Below are positions 37,943 to 49,945 of a stretch of 64,000 nt of DNA, one piece after another. Source of the DNA: Candidatus Beckwithbacteria bacterium GW2011_GWC1_49_16 (GTDB taxonomy: Bacteria > Patescibacteriota > Microgenomatia > UBA1400 > CG1-02-47-37); assembly GCA_001029675.1 (NCBI GenBank), contig CP011210.1, positions 128,193-192,192 of the forward strand, given 5' to 3'. The notes under the pieces are model-generated. The model searched no databases. It was not told where the DNA came from and saw only the letters and a list, made by a program, of their open reading frames with translations. Made by a program: the position numbers and the translations under genes. Within the stretch, counting starts at the first letter, position 1. Every line of letters begins with the position of its first letter.

Positions 37943-39307
37943 ATGGCGAGGCAAGTGAGCCGGTTTGTGTGTCAAAACTGCGGGGGGGAGTTTCCCAAGT
38001 GGAGCGGTCAGTGCGCTAGTTGCGGCCAGTGGAACAGTTTAGTAGAAACCCTGGTTGTCCCCAAGAAAAAGACAGGTTTTGGCGGGAGGCGAGCCTTCGG
38101 GAGAGAGCCGGTAAGGTTGAGTCAGATAAAGGGTAAAGGGGTGATGAGATTGGGAAGCGGCATTGGTGAACTTGACCGGGTTTTGGGCGGAGGTATTGTG
38201 CCCGGAAGCGTGGTTTTACTAGCCGGCGAGCCGGGAATAGGCAAATCTACTTTATTAACTCAACTTGCTTTAAGAATCACCTCCGAGGTGAAAAAATCCT
38301 CCACCTCGGAGGTGTTGTATGTCTGCGGGGAAGAAAGTCCGGAGCAGATAAAGCTTAGAATTGATCGGTTAAATACCACACCGGGACAGTCTAAAGCCAG
38401 TCCCGGTGTGACGCAACTTTCATTTTTGCCGGAAACCGACGTTGATGAAGTGATCGTCACCATCGAAGGGCAAAAACCGGCGCCTGGGCTGGTTATTGTG
38501 GATTCGGTTCAAAGTCTGTCTACCACCGACTTGACCGGTATGGCCGGCAGCGTGGGGCAAGTGAGAGAATGTTCATATAGATTACTCAATATGGCTAAAA
38601 AGACTAATATACCTGTATTTCTGGTAGGGCATGTTACCAAGGAAGGGGCCATTGCCGGGCCCAAAGTTTTGGAACATTTGGTGGATTCGGTGTTGTATTT
38701 AGAGGGGGATAAAAAACACGTCTTTCGCATTTTGCGGGCCCAAAAGAATCGTTTTGGGTCGGTCGATGAAGTCGGGGTGTTTTTGATGGAAGAGGCGGGC
38801 TTAAAAGAGGTGGAAAACCCGTCTGACGTGTTTTTGGAAGAGCGCCAGGCAGGGGTGCCGGGGAGCTGTTTGGTGGCTACCATGGAAGGTACCAGGCCGG
38901 TTTTGGTCGAGGTTCAGGGCTTGGTCAACCCGACGCAACTGGCGGTGCCAAGACGCGTGGCAACAGGGGTGGATCAGAGGAGGTTGACGCTTCTGACGGC
39001 GGTGTTGTCCAAGCGCTGTGGTTTGCCTTTAGGCAACATGGACGTTTATGTCAATGTGGCCGGGGGGCTTAATTTACGCGAGCCGGCGGTTGATTTGGGC
39101 GTCTGTTTGGCAATAGCCTCGTCGTTCAAAAACAAGGTTCTACCCAAGAAAGCGGCCGTTTTTGGAGAGGTGGGGCTTTTGGGGGAGATAAGACAGGTAA
39201 GTTTTGCGGCCAAACGCGCCCATGAGGCCAAGAAACTAGGTTACAGTTTGATTATTGAACCGGGTAAGGTGAAAACTATCAGGGATGCTTTAAAGATTTT
39301 AGGTTAA
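37943..39307 (+). CDS. radA: DNA repair protein RadA/Sms
   Basis: C4 zinc finger, GEPGIGKST, KNRFG, GEVGL.GEIR. Confidence 0.97.
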   Translation: MARQVSRFVCQNCGGEFPKWSGQCASCGQWNSLVETLVVPKKKTGFGGRRAFGREPVRLSQIKGKGVMRLGSGIGELDRVLGGGIVPGSVVLLAGEPGIGKSTLLTQLALRITSEVKKSSTSEVLYVCGEESPEQIKLRIDRLNTTPGQSKASPGVTQLSFLPETDVDEVIVTIEGQKPAPGLVIVDSVQSLSTTDLTGMAGSVGQVRECSYRLLNMAKKTNIPVFLVGHVTKEGAIAGPKVLEHLVDSVLYLEGDKKHVFRILRAQKNRFGSVDEVGVFLMEEAGLKEVENPSDVFLEERQAGVPGSCLVATMEGTRPVLVEVQGLVNPTQLAVPRRVATGVDQRRLTLLTAVLSKRCGLPLGNMDVYVNVAGGLNLREPAVDLGVCLAIASSFKNKVLPKKAAVFGEVGLLGEIRQVSFAAKRAHEAKKLGYSLIIEPGKVKTIRDALKILG

Positions 39308-39651
39308 TTTTCCCAGTTATCCACAGGAGTTTTTGTTTAGGGGATTACGTGGTTTTTCCTTGAGGTAATGGATAAGAGTAGAATAATATAGGTTATAGAA
39401 GTTTTGGTGTTATTTTTTCTATAGGATTGACAAGAGGGAGGTTTTTTGGTAAAAGAAAAAGAGCATCACTATCGCAGTGGGGTACTCGAGTAGTAATGCC
39501 CTTTTTAGGTAGGTAAGACCTGGACAGAGAGGTCAAACCCACACTAAGAAATAACACTAAAATTGGTGTTTTGTCAACTATAAATTCAAGTAGTTGACGG
39601 TCTAGGCGGGGGTGATAAGTTGGGCAGGCCTATCACCCCCACTTAAGCTTT

Positions 39652-40710
39652 ATGCTGAAAAAACTTTTTAACAGTCCGTTAGTAGTGCTTTTAAGCCTGT
39701 TTTTGGTAATGGTGGCAGTGGCCTCGGCGCAGTATGTCAGGGTGAAAAGAGAGGTTGGGGTTGGGGCGGTTAATAATTGTTCTGCGATCACCGACAGAGA
39801 TACTTGTAATCAAACCTGCTCTGGAGATCAGTTCTATGGTTGTAAGTGGATACAGGGTGAGTGTAAGAAGAACTATCGGCGTGAATGTGGTGCTGATGGA
39901 GAGCCAGAGCCAGGTGTGGTAGACGATGTTTATATTTGTGGTAGTCTGTCTAACGATACTCAGTGTCCTGTAGGTGAACCGGCAGGTGGTGCTTGCGGGA
40001 ATGACGGTGAGGGAACTTGTATTGCTTTGGTGAACCAGTGTGATAAGTGGGATGGAGGGGATTGTGGGCAAGGTAGGCCTAAATGTTCTTGTGTGGTAAG
40101 AGAAGAACGGCCTTCGCCGGGTCCGTCTCATTCTCCCAGTCCCAGTCCGTCTGCGTCGCCGAGTCCACACCCTTCGCCATCGCCTTCGGCGAGTCCTTCG
40201 CCTTCACCGAGTCCGAGCCCCAGCCCCAGCGCCAGTCCGAGCCCTAGCCCGTCACCTTCACCCTCACCGACCCCGCCTCCGGCAGACCACGCCCAGTTTG
40301 TAGTCAGAAAGTTTGCCGATACCGATAAAGACGGAGTTTGGGATAATGATGAGGGCGCGACCGGCCGGCAGTGGAGTTTTGAGTACCGGCTCGACGACGG
40401 CGACTGGAAGGAGTATAAAACCAACGCCTCAACTGGTTGGGGTGGAACGATTCAAGTAGACGTTGATACTAAGGTTGAGGCTCGCGAGATCGAGGTCGAC
40501 GGCTGGGTCAATACTACCGGCTTGACAGCGGTGAGGATTTTGGACGAAGAAAAAACCTATTACTTTGATTTTGGCAACTTTGAGTCGCCGACGGTGGTCA
40601 CGGCTTCTCCGCCTGCTGTAGCCCCGGAAACAGGCATAGGTTTGCCCTGGACGGCGATTATTGTCGGCGGCTTGGGATTACTGTTACAGCTGGTTATTCT
40701 TTGGCTATAA
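39652..40710 (+). CDS. secreted Cys-rich / Pro-Ser-linker surface protein with sortase-type APETG signal
   Basis: N-terminal hydrophobic segment, Cys-rich domain, (SP)n linker, KF.D.D.DGVWD..E beta domain, APETG plus C-terminal TM. Confidence 0.78.
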   Translation: MLKKLFNSPLVVLLSLFLVMVAVASAQYVRVKREVGVGAVNNCSAITDRDTCNQTCSGDQFYGCKWIQGECKKNYRRECGADGEPEPGVVDDVYICGSLSNDTQCPVGEPAGGACGNDGEGTCIALVNQCDKWDGGDCGQGRPKCSCVVREERPSPGPSHSPSPSPSASPSPHPSPSPSASPSPSPSPSPSPSASPSPSPSPSPSPTPPPADHAQFVVRKFADTDKDGVWDNDEGATGRQWSFEYRLDDGDWKEYKTNASTGWGGTIQVDVDTKVEAREIEVDGWVNTTGLTAVRILDEEKTYYFDFGNFESPTVVTASPPAVAPETGIGLPWTAIIVGGLGLLLQLVILWL

Positions 40711-40719
40711 AATAAAGCC

Positions 40720-41463
40720 ATGGAAACCCACGGCATAATTTTTCAGCGGTCGAAATCGACTCAAGATTTAAATCCTTTGGCCTGGGCAGTGATAAGTGAG
40801 GTAGTGTCTTTATGGCAGGATTTAGTTAGGCCGGTTAAAAAAAGCTTAAAGCTTTGGGCCAGGGGGTTGACGTTGGGGGCGTTGTTAGTAGTTTTGACTA
40901 CGGCGATTTTACCAATTTGGCTTAACCGCGAGGAAGCAGCCAAAAGGTTAGCCGAGCTCAAAAAAAGCCAGATTACTTTTGCCGACCTTTTAAGAGTCGA
41001 GGCTAACAAGCCGGTAGCGATCACTGACTCGACATACTTTACCGTCGAGATTCCAAAAGTAGGGGCTTATTCCAAGGTAATCGCCAACGTCAATCCGGCT
41101 GACAGCCAGATTTACACCGAGGCTTTAAAGGAGGGGATTGCCCACGCGGCCGGAACCTATTTGCCCGGCATGGGCGGAACGGTGACGCTTTTCTCTCACT
41201 CGACCGATTTGGCCGCCAATGTGGCCTACTACAACGCCGTCTTTTACCGTCTGGACGAATTGGTCCCGGGAGACGAAGTAACGGTGTGGTTTTTGGGAGA
41301 AAGGCGGGTTTATCGGGTGGAAGAGGTGAAGGTGACGCCGCCCAGTGATGTGTCGATTTTTGAGAGGCAAAACGACGGCGAGAAGCTGATTCTGATGACC
41401 TGTACGCCTCGGGGCACGACCAAGAATCGCCTGGTAGTCACGGCTAAACCCTTGACAGGTTGA
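40720..41463 (+). CDS. sortase
   Basis: TM anchor, FSHS, VFYRLDEL.PGD, LILMTCTP...TKNRLVV (His/Cys/Arg triad). Confidence 0.9.
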   Translation: METHGIIFQRSKSTQDLNPLAWAVISEVVSLWQDLVRPVKKSLKLWARGLTLGALLVVLTTAILPIWLNREEAAKRLAELKKSQITFADLLRVEANKPVAITDSTYFTVEIPKVGAYSKVIANVNPADSQIYTEALKEGIAHAAGTYLPGMGGTVTLFSHSTDLAANVAYYNAVFYRLDELVPGDEVTVWFLGERRVYRVEEVKVTPPSDVSIFERQNDGEKLILMTCTPRGTTKNRLVVTAKPLTG

Positions 41464-41534
41464 GCTTTGCCTGGTAGATTAGACACGTATTTCGTTCTCC
41501 CGTGGTTTTGTTTCCGAGAAGATGAGTGCGTTTT

Positions 41535-42908
41535 ATGGTAAATAATAATTCCCCAAAAGGAAGCGACAACTTGGTTGATGATTTGGTTGGAGGGCAGCAG
41601 CCCCAGCCGGCGCCCCAGCAGCCGCCACAGCAAACCTTTCAGAGGTCGCGACCGATTATGACTAACCGCCCGGCATTTAGGAAACCGATGAGGCGCGGTC
41701 CGGTAGGCAGAATGAGGCCGGCCCAGGGCGTGGTGGCCAGACCCTTGGTAGTTGACAACCGGATGATTCCGGATGCCCAGCTTCCCACAGAGAGTGTTAG
41801 CGGGGTGTTGGAGATAACCAGCGAAGGTCACGGATTATTGCGGCCGAATTTTTCGCCCAGCGACAGAGACGTTTATATTTCTTCGTCGCAAATCAGGCGT
41901 TTTCGCTTGCGGCCGGGAGACGTGGTTGAGGGTCCGGCCAGAAAACCCAAGGAAAACGAGCGCTACTGGGGTTTACTTAAAGTAGAAAAGGTTAATGGTA
42001 AGGATTTTGACGAGGGGTTAAGAAGGCCTGATTTTGACCGGCTGACGCCGATTTTCCCTAAAGAGAAGTTGGTGCTGGAGACGGATAAAGGTTCGGTGGC
42101 GGCCAGAGTCATCGACTTGGTGGCGCCGATCGGTAAAGGCCAGCGCGGCCTGATCGTCTCGCCGCCCAAAGCGGGCAAAACGACGATTTTAAAGGATATT
42201 GCCCATGGGATTGCCGAAAACAGCCCCAAGGTGCACCTGATGGCGGTGTTGGTAGGCGAGCGGCCGGAAGAAGTGACCGATATTAGAAAGTCGGTTAAGG
42301 GTGAAGTGGCGGCGTCTAACTTTGATGAGGCGGCAGAAAGGCAAACCAAAGTAGCCGAGATTGCCTTGGATCGAGCTAAACGTTTAGTAGAGTTGGGCAA
42401 CGACGTGGTGATACTTCTTGATTCGATTACCAGGTTAGCCCGGGCTTACAACTTGGCCATTCCCACGTCGGGCAGGACTTTGTCCGGCGGGTTTGACCCG
42501 GCGGCTTTATATCCCCCGAAGCGCTTTTTTGGGGCGGCACGAAACTTTGAGCCGTTTAAAGTCGAGGGTAAGGAAGTTGGTGGCAGTTTAACTATTATCG
42601 GCACGGCTTTGGTGGACACGGGTTCGCGGATGGACGAGCTCATCTACGAAGAGTTTAAGGGTACGGGCAATATGGAACTTCATCTGTCGCGTAAGCTTCA
42701 GGAGCGGCGGATGTTCCCGGCGATCAACCTCCAGCGCTCCGGCACCAGGCAAGAGCAACTGCTGTTTAACGAGAAAGACTATGAAAAGATAAGAACCATG
42801 CGGCGGATGATTGACGTTTTGGACGACAACGAGCAGACGGAAGTGATGCTGGAACGCTTGCGAAAAACCAAATCGAACAAGGAGTTCTTGAGTAGTCTGG
42901 GGAAGTAG
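41535..42908 (+). CDS. rho: transcription termination factor Rho
   Basis: DVYISSSQIRRF.L, GKGQRGLIVSPPKAGKT, DSITRLARAYN, EEFKGTGNME. Confidence 0.97.
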   Translation: MVNNNSPKGSDNLVDDLVGGQQPQPAPQQPPQQTFQRSRPIMTNRPAFRKPMRRGPVGRMRPAQGVVARPLVVDNRMIPDAQLPTESVSGVLEITSEGHGLLRPNFSPSDRDVYISSSQIRRFRLRPGDVVEGPARKPKENERYWGLLKVEKVNGKDFDEGLRRPDFDRLTPIFPKEKLVLETDKGSVAARVIDLVAPIGKGQRGLIVSPPKAGKTTILKDIAHGIAENSPKVHLMAVLVGERPEEVTDIRKSVKGEVAASNFDEAAERQTKVAEIALDRAKRLVELGNDVVILLDSITRLARAYNLAIPTSGRTLSGGFDPAALYPPKRFFGAARNFEPFKVEGKEVGGSLTIIGTALVDTGSRMDELIYEEFKGTGNMELHLSRKLQERRMFPAINLQRSGTRQEQLLFNEKDYEKIRTMRRMIDVLDDNEQTEVMLERLRKTKSNKEFLSSLGK

Positions 42909-42925
42909 GCTAGAATAGTTAGCCT

Positions 42926-45042
<2,117 letters not shown>

Positions 45043-45066
45043 GGTTGGTCCTACGCAGCCTTACGC

Positions 45067-45139
45067 GGGCCGTTAGCTCAGTTGGTAGAGCGCTACATTC
45101 GCATTGTAGAGGTCGGGAGTTCGACTCTCCTACGGTCCA
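45067..45139 (+). tRNA. tRNA-Ala(CGC)
   Basis: GGGCCGT/ACGGTCC acceptor with G3:U70; anticodon arm CTACA-TTCGCAT-TGTAG. Confidence 0.93.
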
Positions 45140-45143
45140 CAGC

Positions 45144-45329
45144 ATGAGGAAAGATAAAATTCTAGTCTGCCAGAATTGTTTACAGGAGTTTGTCTGGACT
45201 TTAGGCGAGCAGGAGTTTTTTGAAAAAAAGGGTTTGAGTCAGCCCAAATTGTGCCCGGTGTGCCGAGGGATAGAGAAGGCGGCCAGGGAGGATAAGTTTA
45301 GGGGGCGGGAATCGGCTCAAAGCCGCTAG
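45144..45329 (+). CDS. zinc-ribbon protein (zf-trcl-like)
   Basis: DKILVCQNC...F.WT.GEQEFF.KKGL..PKLCPVCR. Confidence 0.85.
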   Translation: MRKDKILVCQNCLQEFVWTLGEQEFFEKKGLSQPKLCPVCRGIEKAAREDKFRGRESAQSR

Positions 45330-47283
45330 GCGGCGAAGGCAAAGGTGAGGGTTGGGAGAGTTGATCGGGTTGGGGTGAGGCTTGAGGTTGGGTGGCAGTT
45401 GCTGGCAGTTGGGATTTAAGTTGATTGAGTTCATCCTGGGCCTTGACTGCGTCGTCGGAGTCGGCCGGGACCAAAGCGACCACTTGCTGCATCGCTTGGT
45501 AGGCTTCCAGAGTTTTGCCAGAGTCGCGGTAGGCGTAAGACAAGTTGTAGTAGCCGTTGGCGTAATCCGGTTTTAGCTCGATGGCTTCCCTAAAACGGTC
45601 GATGGCTTGGTCGTATTGCTTAAGCGAGTAATAAAGGCCGCCGAGTTGGACCCGCAAAACCGGGTTAGCCGGATCAAGCTGAATCGCTCTGATATAGGCG
45701 GCAACGGCAAACTGGTCGGCGCCGTCGGCAAAATTGACCAGTTGGCGATAAACATTGCCAAGATTAGTCCAGTTTAGGGCCTTTTGAGGGTTTAGTTGGG
45801 TGGCGGTCCTGGCCTCGCGGATGGCTTGTTGGATTAGCTGGGTTACTTGCTCGCGGTCTTGGTCGGTGAGTTCGCTTTGGGCGGCAATCGAGTTTGCCAG
45901 GGCCAGGTTAGTGTTGGCGTAGGCGACGCGGTAGCGGTCGACCTTGGGGTTTTTGGCGATAGCGGCAATCTGTAGGTCATAGGTGGCTTTGCCTTGGTTT
46001 TGGGCCAGGGTGTCGAGGCTTTGTTTGAAGGCAACTTCGGCGGCGTAAGCACGTGTTAGGTTAATGCCGGCAATAACTAATCCGAGCCCGATGGGGGCAG
46101 CTAAAATGTAAGGGAGAACGTTAGTTTGGTCTTTGGAGATGGCAGTGGGTTGGTCGGGGTCGACGATCTCCAGGGTGTTGATGGTGACCAAAACGTCTTT
46201 GACTTTTTTTAAATTCTTGGTTTTATTGAGGGCCACCGAGAAGCTAAAAAGGCCGATTAGAGTGGTTAAGGTAACCACAGTGAAGGGGATAAACAAAGCC
46301 AAGATGAGAGCGGTGGCAGTGGCCAAGTTGACGGCAGCTTGGGTGGCGGTAATCCGGGTGCCGGGCTGGCGTTTTACCAGTTTGCCCCAACCTAAAATGG
46401 TTAAAAGAAAGGCAGCGATGCCGGCAAGGCCCAAGGTGGTCATCAGGTGGAGGTATTCGTTTGCCGAGACGGTAAAGCCGACTTGCCAGAAAGGAGTAAA
46501 GTTGAGGCTAACTGGTTTGAACTGGGAGAATTGTTGTAAAAATGAACCAGGGCCGGAACCCAAAAGCGCGTTTGATTTAAAAGTATCGGTGGCGATCGAC
46601 CAACCGGCCAACTTAGGTAGAAGCGTAGGCGTAAAAGTTTGGCCGGGGAGAAACTGGTAGCCGATCAAAATGGTGGCGGCCAGAATGATGCCGGAGAAAA
46701 GAAAATAGTAGAGTTTTTCCGGGCCGCTTCTGATTTTAAAAGCCAGAGTCAGGCTTAAGGGAAGAGTAATGATTAGGTAGCTGACTAAAACTAACAGAGA
46801 GCCGGCAGGGCTAAAAGACCTACTGGTAAAGTAGCTAGATCCTTCCAGCAGGCCGGTGGTGGAAGCAAGGCCTAAAATGGCCAAGATTGCGGCGACGATA
46901 ATTTGGCCGGTGATAATGTTTCTTACCTGGCGAGGGGTTTGGATTAAGGTGCTAGCCATGATAAAAAAGACGGTCAGGGTCAAATACAAAGAGGTGCGAC
47001 CCAGCCAGGCACCGGCGGTGTCGGCGGCGGCCAAGTAAGTCGAAGCAACGGCGGTAGCGGCGAGTAAAATGAGGGGTAAAAGTAAAGGTGACAGGGTGAG
47101 GCGGACGGATTTTTGCAAGATAGAGTGGATCAGCCAAAAGACTAAGGAGACAGATGTTAAAAGGATAAAAAGAACTTGTTTGTTGAAGCCAAAAAAGTCG
47201 GTAGTTAAGGGCAGAAAGAAAATCGGCACTAAAATTAGGATGGCAGCAAGAAAGAAAGTAGCGATTGACTTAGGCTTATCCAT
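45298..47283 (-). CDS. polytopic membrane protein with O-antigen-ligase-like domain and C-terminal TPRs
   Basis: About 12 TM helices, LLGSGPGSF, NEYLH...TLG..G, TPR-like repeats. Confidence 0.75.
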   Translation of the reverse strand: MDKPKSIATFFLAAILILVPIFFLPLTTDFFGFNKQVLFILLTSVSLVFWLIHSILQKSVRLTLSPLLLPLILLAATAVASTYLAAADTAGAWLGRTSLYLTLTVFFIMASTLIQTPRQVRNIITGQIIVAAILAILGLASTTGLLEGSSYFTSRSFSPAGSLLVLVSYLIITLPLSLTLAFKIRSGPEKLYYFLFSGIILAATILIGYQFLPGQTFTPTLLPKLAGWSIATDTFKSNALLGSGPGSFLQQFSQFKPVSLNFTPFWQVGFTVSANEYLHLMTTLGLAGIAAFLLTILGWGKLVKRQPGTRITATQAAVNLATATALILALFIPFTVVTLTTLIGLFSFSVALNKTKNLKKVKDVLVTINTLEIVDPDQPTAISKDQTNVLPYILAAPIGLGLVIAGINLTRAYAAEVAFKQSLDTLAQNQGKATYDLQIAAIAKNPKVDRYRVAYANTNLALANSIAAQSELTDQDREQVTQLIQQAIREARTATQLNPQKALNWTNLGNVYRQLVNFADGADQFAVAAYIRAIQLDPANPVLRVQLGGLYYSLKQYDQAIDRFREAIELKPDYANGYYNLSYAYRDSGKTLEAYQAMQQVVALVPADSDDAVKAQDELNQLKSQLPATATQPQASPQPDQLSQPSPLPSPPSGFEPIPAP

Positions 47284-47336
47284 CAACACCAGTAAAGCTT
47301 AAAAAATTAACTTTGTCAAGCAAAAAAGTTAAAAAA

Positions 47337-47798
47337 TTAATCGGCGCAGACGTAGTAGGTTAGGCTAGCCGGCGAGGCGACACCGCAGGCGGCGGCGCTG
47401 GTGGTAAGGTCTGGGTCGGAGGCGTTTTCTAAAACTACCGAAAGCAGGAAGCCCTGGCCGGAGTCTTGTTGGGTGTAAGCATACTCGTCTGGCAGTTGTT
47501 TCATGTAGACGGTGTCGTCGGGGCTGATGCCTAAGGAAAATTCTCCTTCAGCAGGGCAAGCCTCGTTGCCGGCTGCGCCGCAGGCGACAATCTCGTTTGA
47601 AGCATTGTTAGTAGGATAGGTTTGGTTGTCGTTGTAATAAAGGCGCAAGGAAGTTTTTAGAGCGGTTAATTCTGATTTGCGTTTAGAATCGCGGGCCCGG
47701 GCCCGGGCGTCGGAAAGGTTAGCCAAAACTAAGGTGGCTAGCACCCCGATGATGGCCATGGCCACTAAGAGTTCTATAAGAGTGAAGCCCTTTTTCAT
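47337..47798 (-). CDS. type IV pilin / GspG-like pseudopilin
   Basis: MKKG|FTLIELL class III signal, ARD..RK..L...L..YY. Confidence 0.92.
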   Translation of the reverse strand: MKKGFTLIELLVAMAIIGVLATLVLANLSDARARARDSKRKSELTALKTSLRLYYNDNQTYPTNNASNEIVACGAAGNEACPAEGEFSLGISPDDTVYMKQLPDEYAYTQQDSGQGFLLSVVLENASDPDLTTSAAACGVASPASLTYYVCAD

Positions 47799-48334
47799 TC
47801 TGTAACCAAGGTTCGGCTGGCACCGGCCGTGGTGTTGCTACTTGATGTACCGTAATTACATTGTATGCTGGCGGCGGAGTCGCAGTAAAGGCCTTGGTAG
47901 GATTGCGGATTACCGTCGGCGTCTTTGGGCACATCCCGGTCGTTTTCGTTTTCCAGGCGGGCGTAGATTTGGTATGAAGTGCCGGTGTCGTCGGCATCAT
48001 AATCATAGGTATAGCCTAAGGTGGGGTCGGCCGGAATCTCGACCATATAGACGGTGCCGTACTGGTCGGTGAACTCATCCCCCCAGTCGCAGAGCGACTC
48101 GTCATCCGCGCCGCAGCCGTAGATTTGACCGGAGTCAGAGTTGTCTCCCGGGTACTGACCCTTGTCGTTTAAGTAGGCCTCTAAGGCAAGCGAGACTTGT
48201 TTCAAGTCATTTTTTCTTCTGGTGTCGCGAGACTTTTTTTGTGAGTTTTGAAAGGTACCCAGGCCAATTGAGGCCAAAATACCAATGATGGTAATGGAGA
48301 CCAGAAGTTCGATCAGCGTAAACCCTTTTTTCAT
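47795..48334 (-). CDS. type IV pilin / GspG-like pseudopilin
   Basis: MKKG|FTLIELL from ATG 48334; SRDTRRKNDL; PADP. Confidence 0.92.
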   Translation of the reverse strand: MKKGFTLIELLVSITIIGILASIGLGTFQNSQKKSRDTRRKNDLKQVSLALEAYLNDKGQYPGDNSDSGQIYGCGADDESLCDWGDEFTDQYGTVYMVEIPADPTLGYTYDYDADDTGTSYQIYARLENENDRDVPKDADGNPQSYQGLYCDSAASIQCNYGTSSSNTTAGASRTLVTE

Positions 48335-48335
48335 T

Positions 48336-49022
48336 TTAGCTTTCGCACCAATAAGCGGGTGAGGCGTCGCAGTATTGTTGGCAGAGATCGGAGTCGGAGA
48401 AAGTGATCGGACAGCCGGAGCCTTCGGGGTCAGAGTAGGAGTTACAAACACCGGTGGGGTCGCAGGCAAAGTTGCCGTTAGGTCCGGGCGGAGGTAAGCT
48501 GGCCGGTGGTTCAGAGGGGCCGGCCGACGGCGAGGGCGAGGGGGAGGGCAGAGCCGGGTTGAGAACGGCCACGTTAGTCGAGGCGACGCCGTAGTTATAC
48601 CCCAGGCTGCCGCAAGCATCATCCCAGCCGCAGTTTTGGTCCCCGTCGCAGCCGAGCTTGGCAATGTCCGGGTCAGAATCGTTGTCAAGTGGCACCAAAA
48701 TCCTGAAGTTGTTAGAGCAAGCCGTGCCGTCGGGAACATAGCAGTAGGCTTGCCCGGTAGTCGGGTCGCAGGGAATGGAATCAAGATAGGGGTCGAGTTC
48801 GCCGCCGCCGCAGTTGTCTAAAATCGTTTCGTCAGGGTAACAGTCAAAGTCCGAATAGTAGTCTTCAAAAGCCACGGCCAGTTTTGACAGCTGGTCTTTT
48901 CTTTTGGCGTCGTTGGCTTTGTCGATTTGTCTTCTAAAGCTGAACCAGCCGAGCAAAATGAGGATGGCCAGAATGGCGATGACGATTAAAAGTTCGATTA
49001 GGGTCAGGCCCGCCCGCTTCAT
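48336..49022 (-). CDS. type IV pilin-like protein with Cys-rich C-terminal domain
   Basis: MKRAG|LTLIELL from ATG 49022; PS linker and terminal Cys module. Confidence 0.9.
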   Translation of the reverse strand: MKRAGLTLIELLIVIAILAILILLGWFSFRRQIDKANDAKRKDQLSKLAVAFEDYYSDFDCYPDETILDNCGGGELDPYLDSIPCDPTTGQAYCYVPDGTACSNNFRILVPLDNDSDPDIAKLGCDGDQNCGWDDACGSLGYNYGVASTNVAVLNPALPSPSPSPSAGPSEPPASLPPPGPNGNFACDPTGVCNSYSDPEGSGCPITFSDSDLCQQYCDASPAYWCES

Positions 49023-49045
49023 ACTATTTAGTATATAGTAAATTA

Positions 49046-49945
49046 GTGTCAATGTGGCAAGATTGGCCGATCAGAACTATTAGGGTAGAAAACAAGGGTT
49101 TTCCTGAAAGGTTGGGGTTGGTGACGCCAGAGGTAAAAAAGCTTTATTACCGAGGCAATTGGCATAAGAGAGATTTTAAGCACGCTTTGGCGGTGGTGGG
49201 TTCAAGAAGAATGACCAGCTACGGCAAGGGGGTGGTAGAGAAATTAATTCCGCCGCTTGCCCGGGCAGGAGTGACCATAGTTTCCGGGATGATGTACGGC
49301 GTCGACGCCTGCGCCCACCTAGCCTGCCTTGCCGCTGGCGGCAAGACGGTGGCGGTTTTGGGCAGCGGCCTTGACGTCACCGATTCAGAAGAAAGCGGTC
49401 GGCTTTATAGCCAAATTCTTCAATCGGGCGGCTTGGTGTTAAGCGAGTATGAACGCGACAGCCAACCGGCGTTGTGGACCTACCCGCAAAGAAACCGGAT
49501 CGTGGCCGGTTTGAGTGGGGCGGTATTGGTGATCGAGGGCGGGGAGAAGTCGGGGACGCTGATTACCGCCAAACTTGGTTTTAAGCAAAAAAAACCGGTG
49601 ATGGCTGTGCCCGGGCCGATTACCTCGAGCAATTCTTTAGGGGTTAACTGGTTGATCAAAAACGGCGCCGTGGCGGTGACCAGCGCAGAGGAGGTGTTGG
49701 CGGAGTTAGGGATCAAATCACACTCCCGGAGTGAGAAAGAACTCACCTCCAAGGTGGCTTTAGACTCCTTAGAGGTGGAGGGGTTAGGAAAGCGAATTCT
49801 TGCCGAGCTTAACCGTGAGCCTTTAGAAGTTGACGAGTTGGCTAGAAAACTGGGCATGGACGTTGTCAGTTTGGGTCAGAAATTATCGCTGATGGAAATT
49901 GCCGGTTTGGTCAAAGAACAAGATGGTAAGTATACTAGTAAGTGA
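49046..49945 (+). CDS. dprA: DNA-processing protein DprA (short N-terminus)
   Basis: AVVGSR, IVSG...GVD..AH, VLGSG, RNRIVAGLS, SGTLITA, C-terminal wHTH. Confidence 0.95.
   Translation: MSMWQDWPIRTIRVENKGFPERLGLVTPEVKKLYYRGNWHKRDFKHALAVVGSRRMTSYGKGVVEKLIPPLARAGVTIVSGMMYGVDACAHLACLAAGGKTVAVLGSGLDVTDSEESGRLYSQILQSGGLVLSEYERDSQPALWTYPQRNRIVAGLSGAVLVIEGGEKSGTLITAKLGFKQKKPVMAVPGPITSSNSLGVNWLIKNGAVAVTSAEEVLAELGIKSHSRSEKELTSKVALDSLEVEGLGKRILAELNREPLEVDELARKLGMDVVSLGQKLSLMEIAGLVKEQDGKYTSK

Noticed and set aside
39317-39325. Perfect DnaA box TTATCCACA in a long intergenic region (possible oriC)
   Set aside because: Only one clear box, no dnaA/dnaN nearby, and the + strand looks G-rich on both sides (no skew switch).
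40110-40280. Tandem DNA repeat in the surface protein gene
   Set aside because: Codon-diverse (Ser-Pro)n linker; selection is at protein level.
45045-45143. 94-aa ORF extension across the tRNA
   Set aside because: Overlaps tRNA-Ala(CGC); the zinc-ribbon protein starts at ATG 45144.
48335-48784. 329-aa version of the second pilin ORF
   Set aside because: The extension overlaps the third pilin in another frame; the class III signal fixes the start at 48334.
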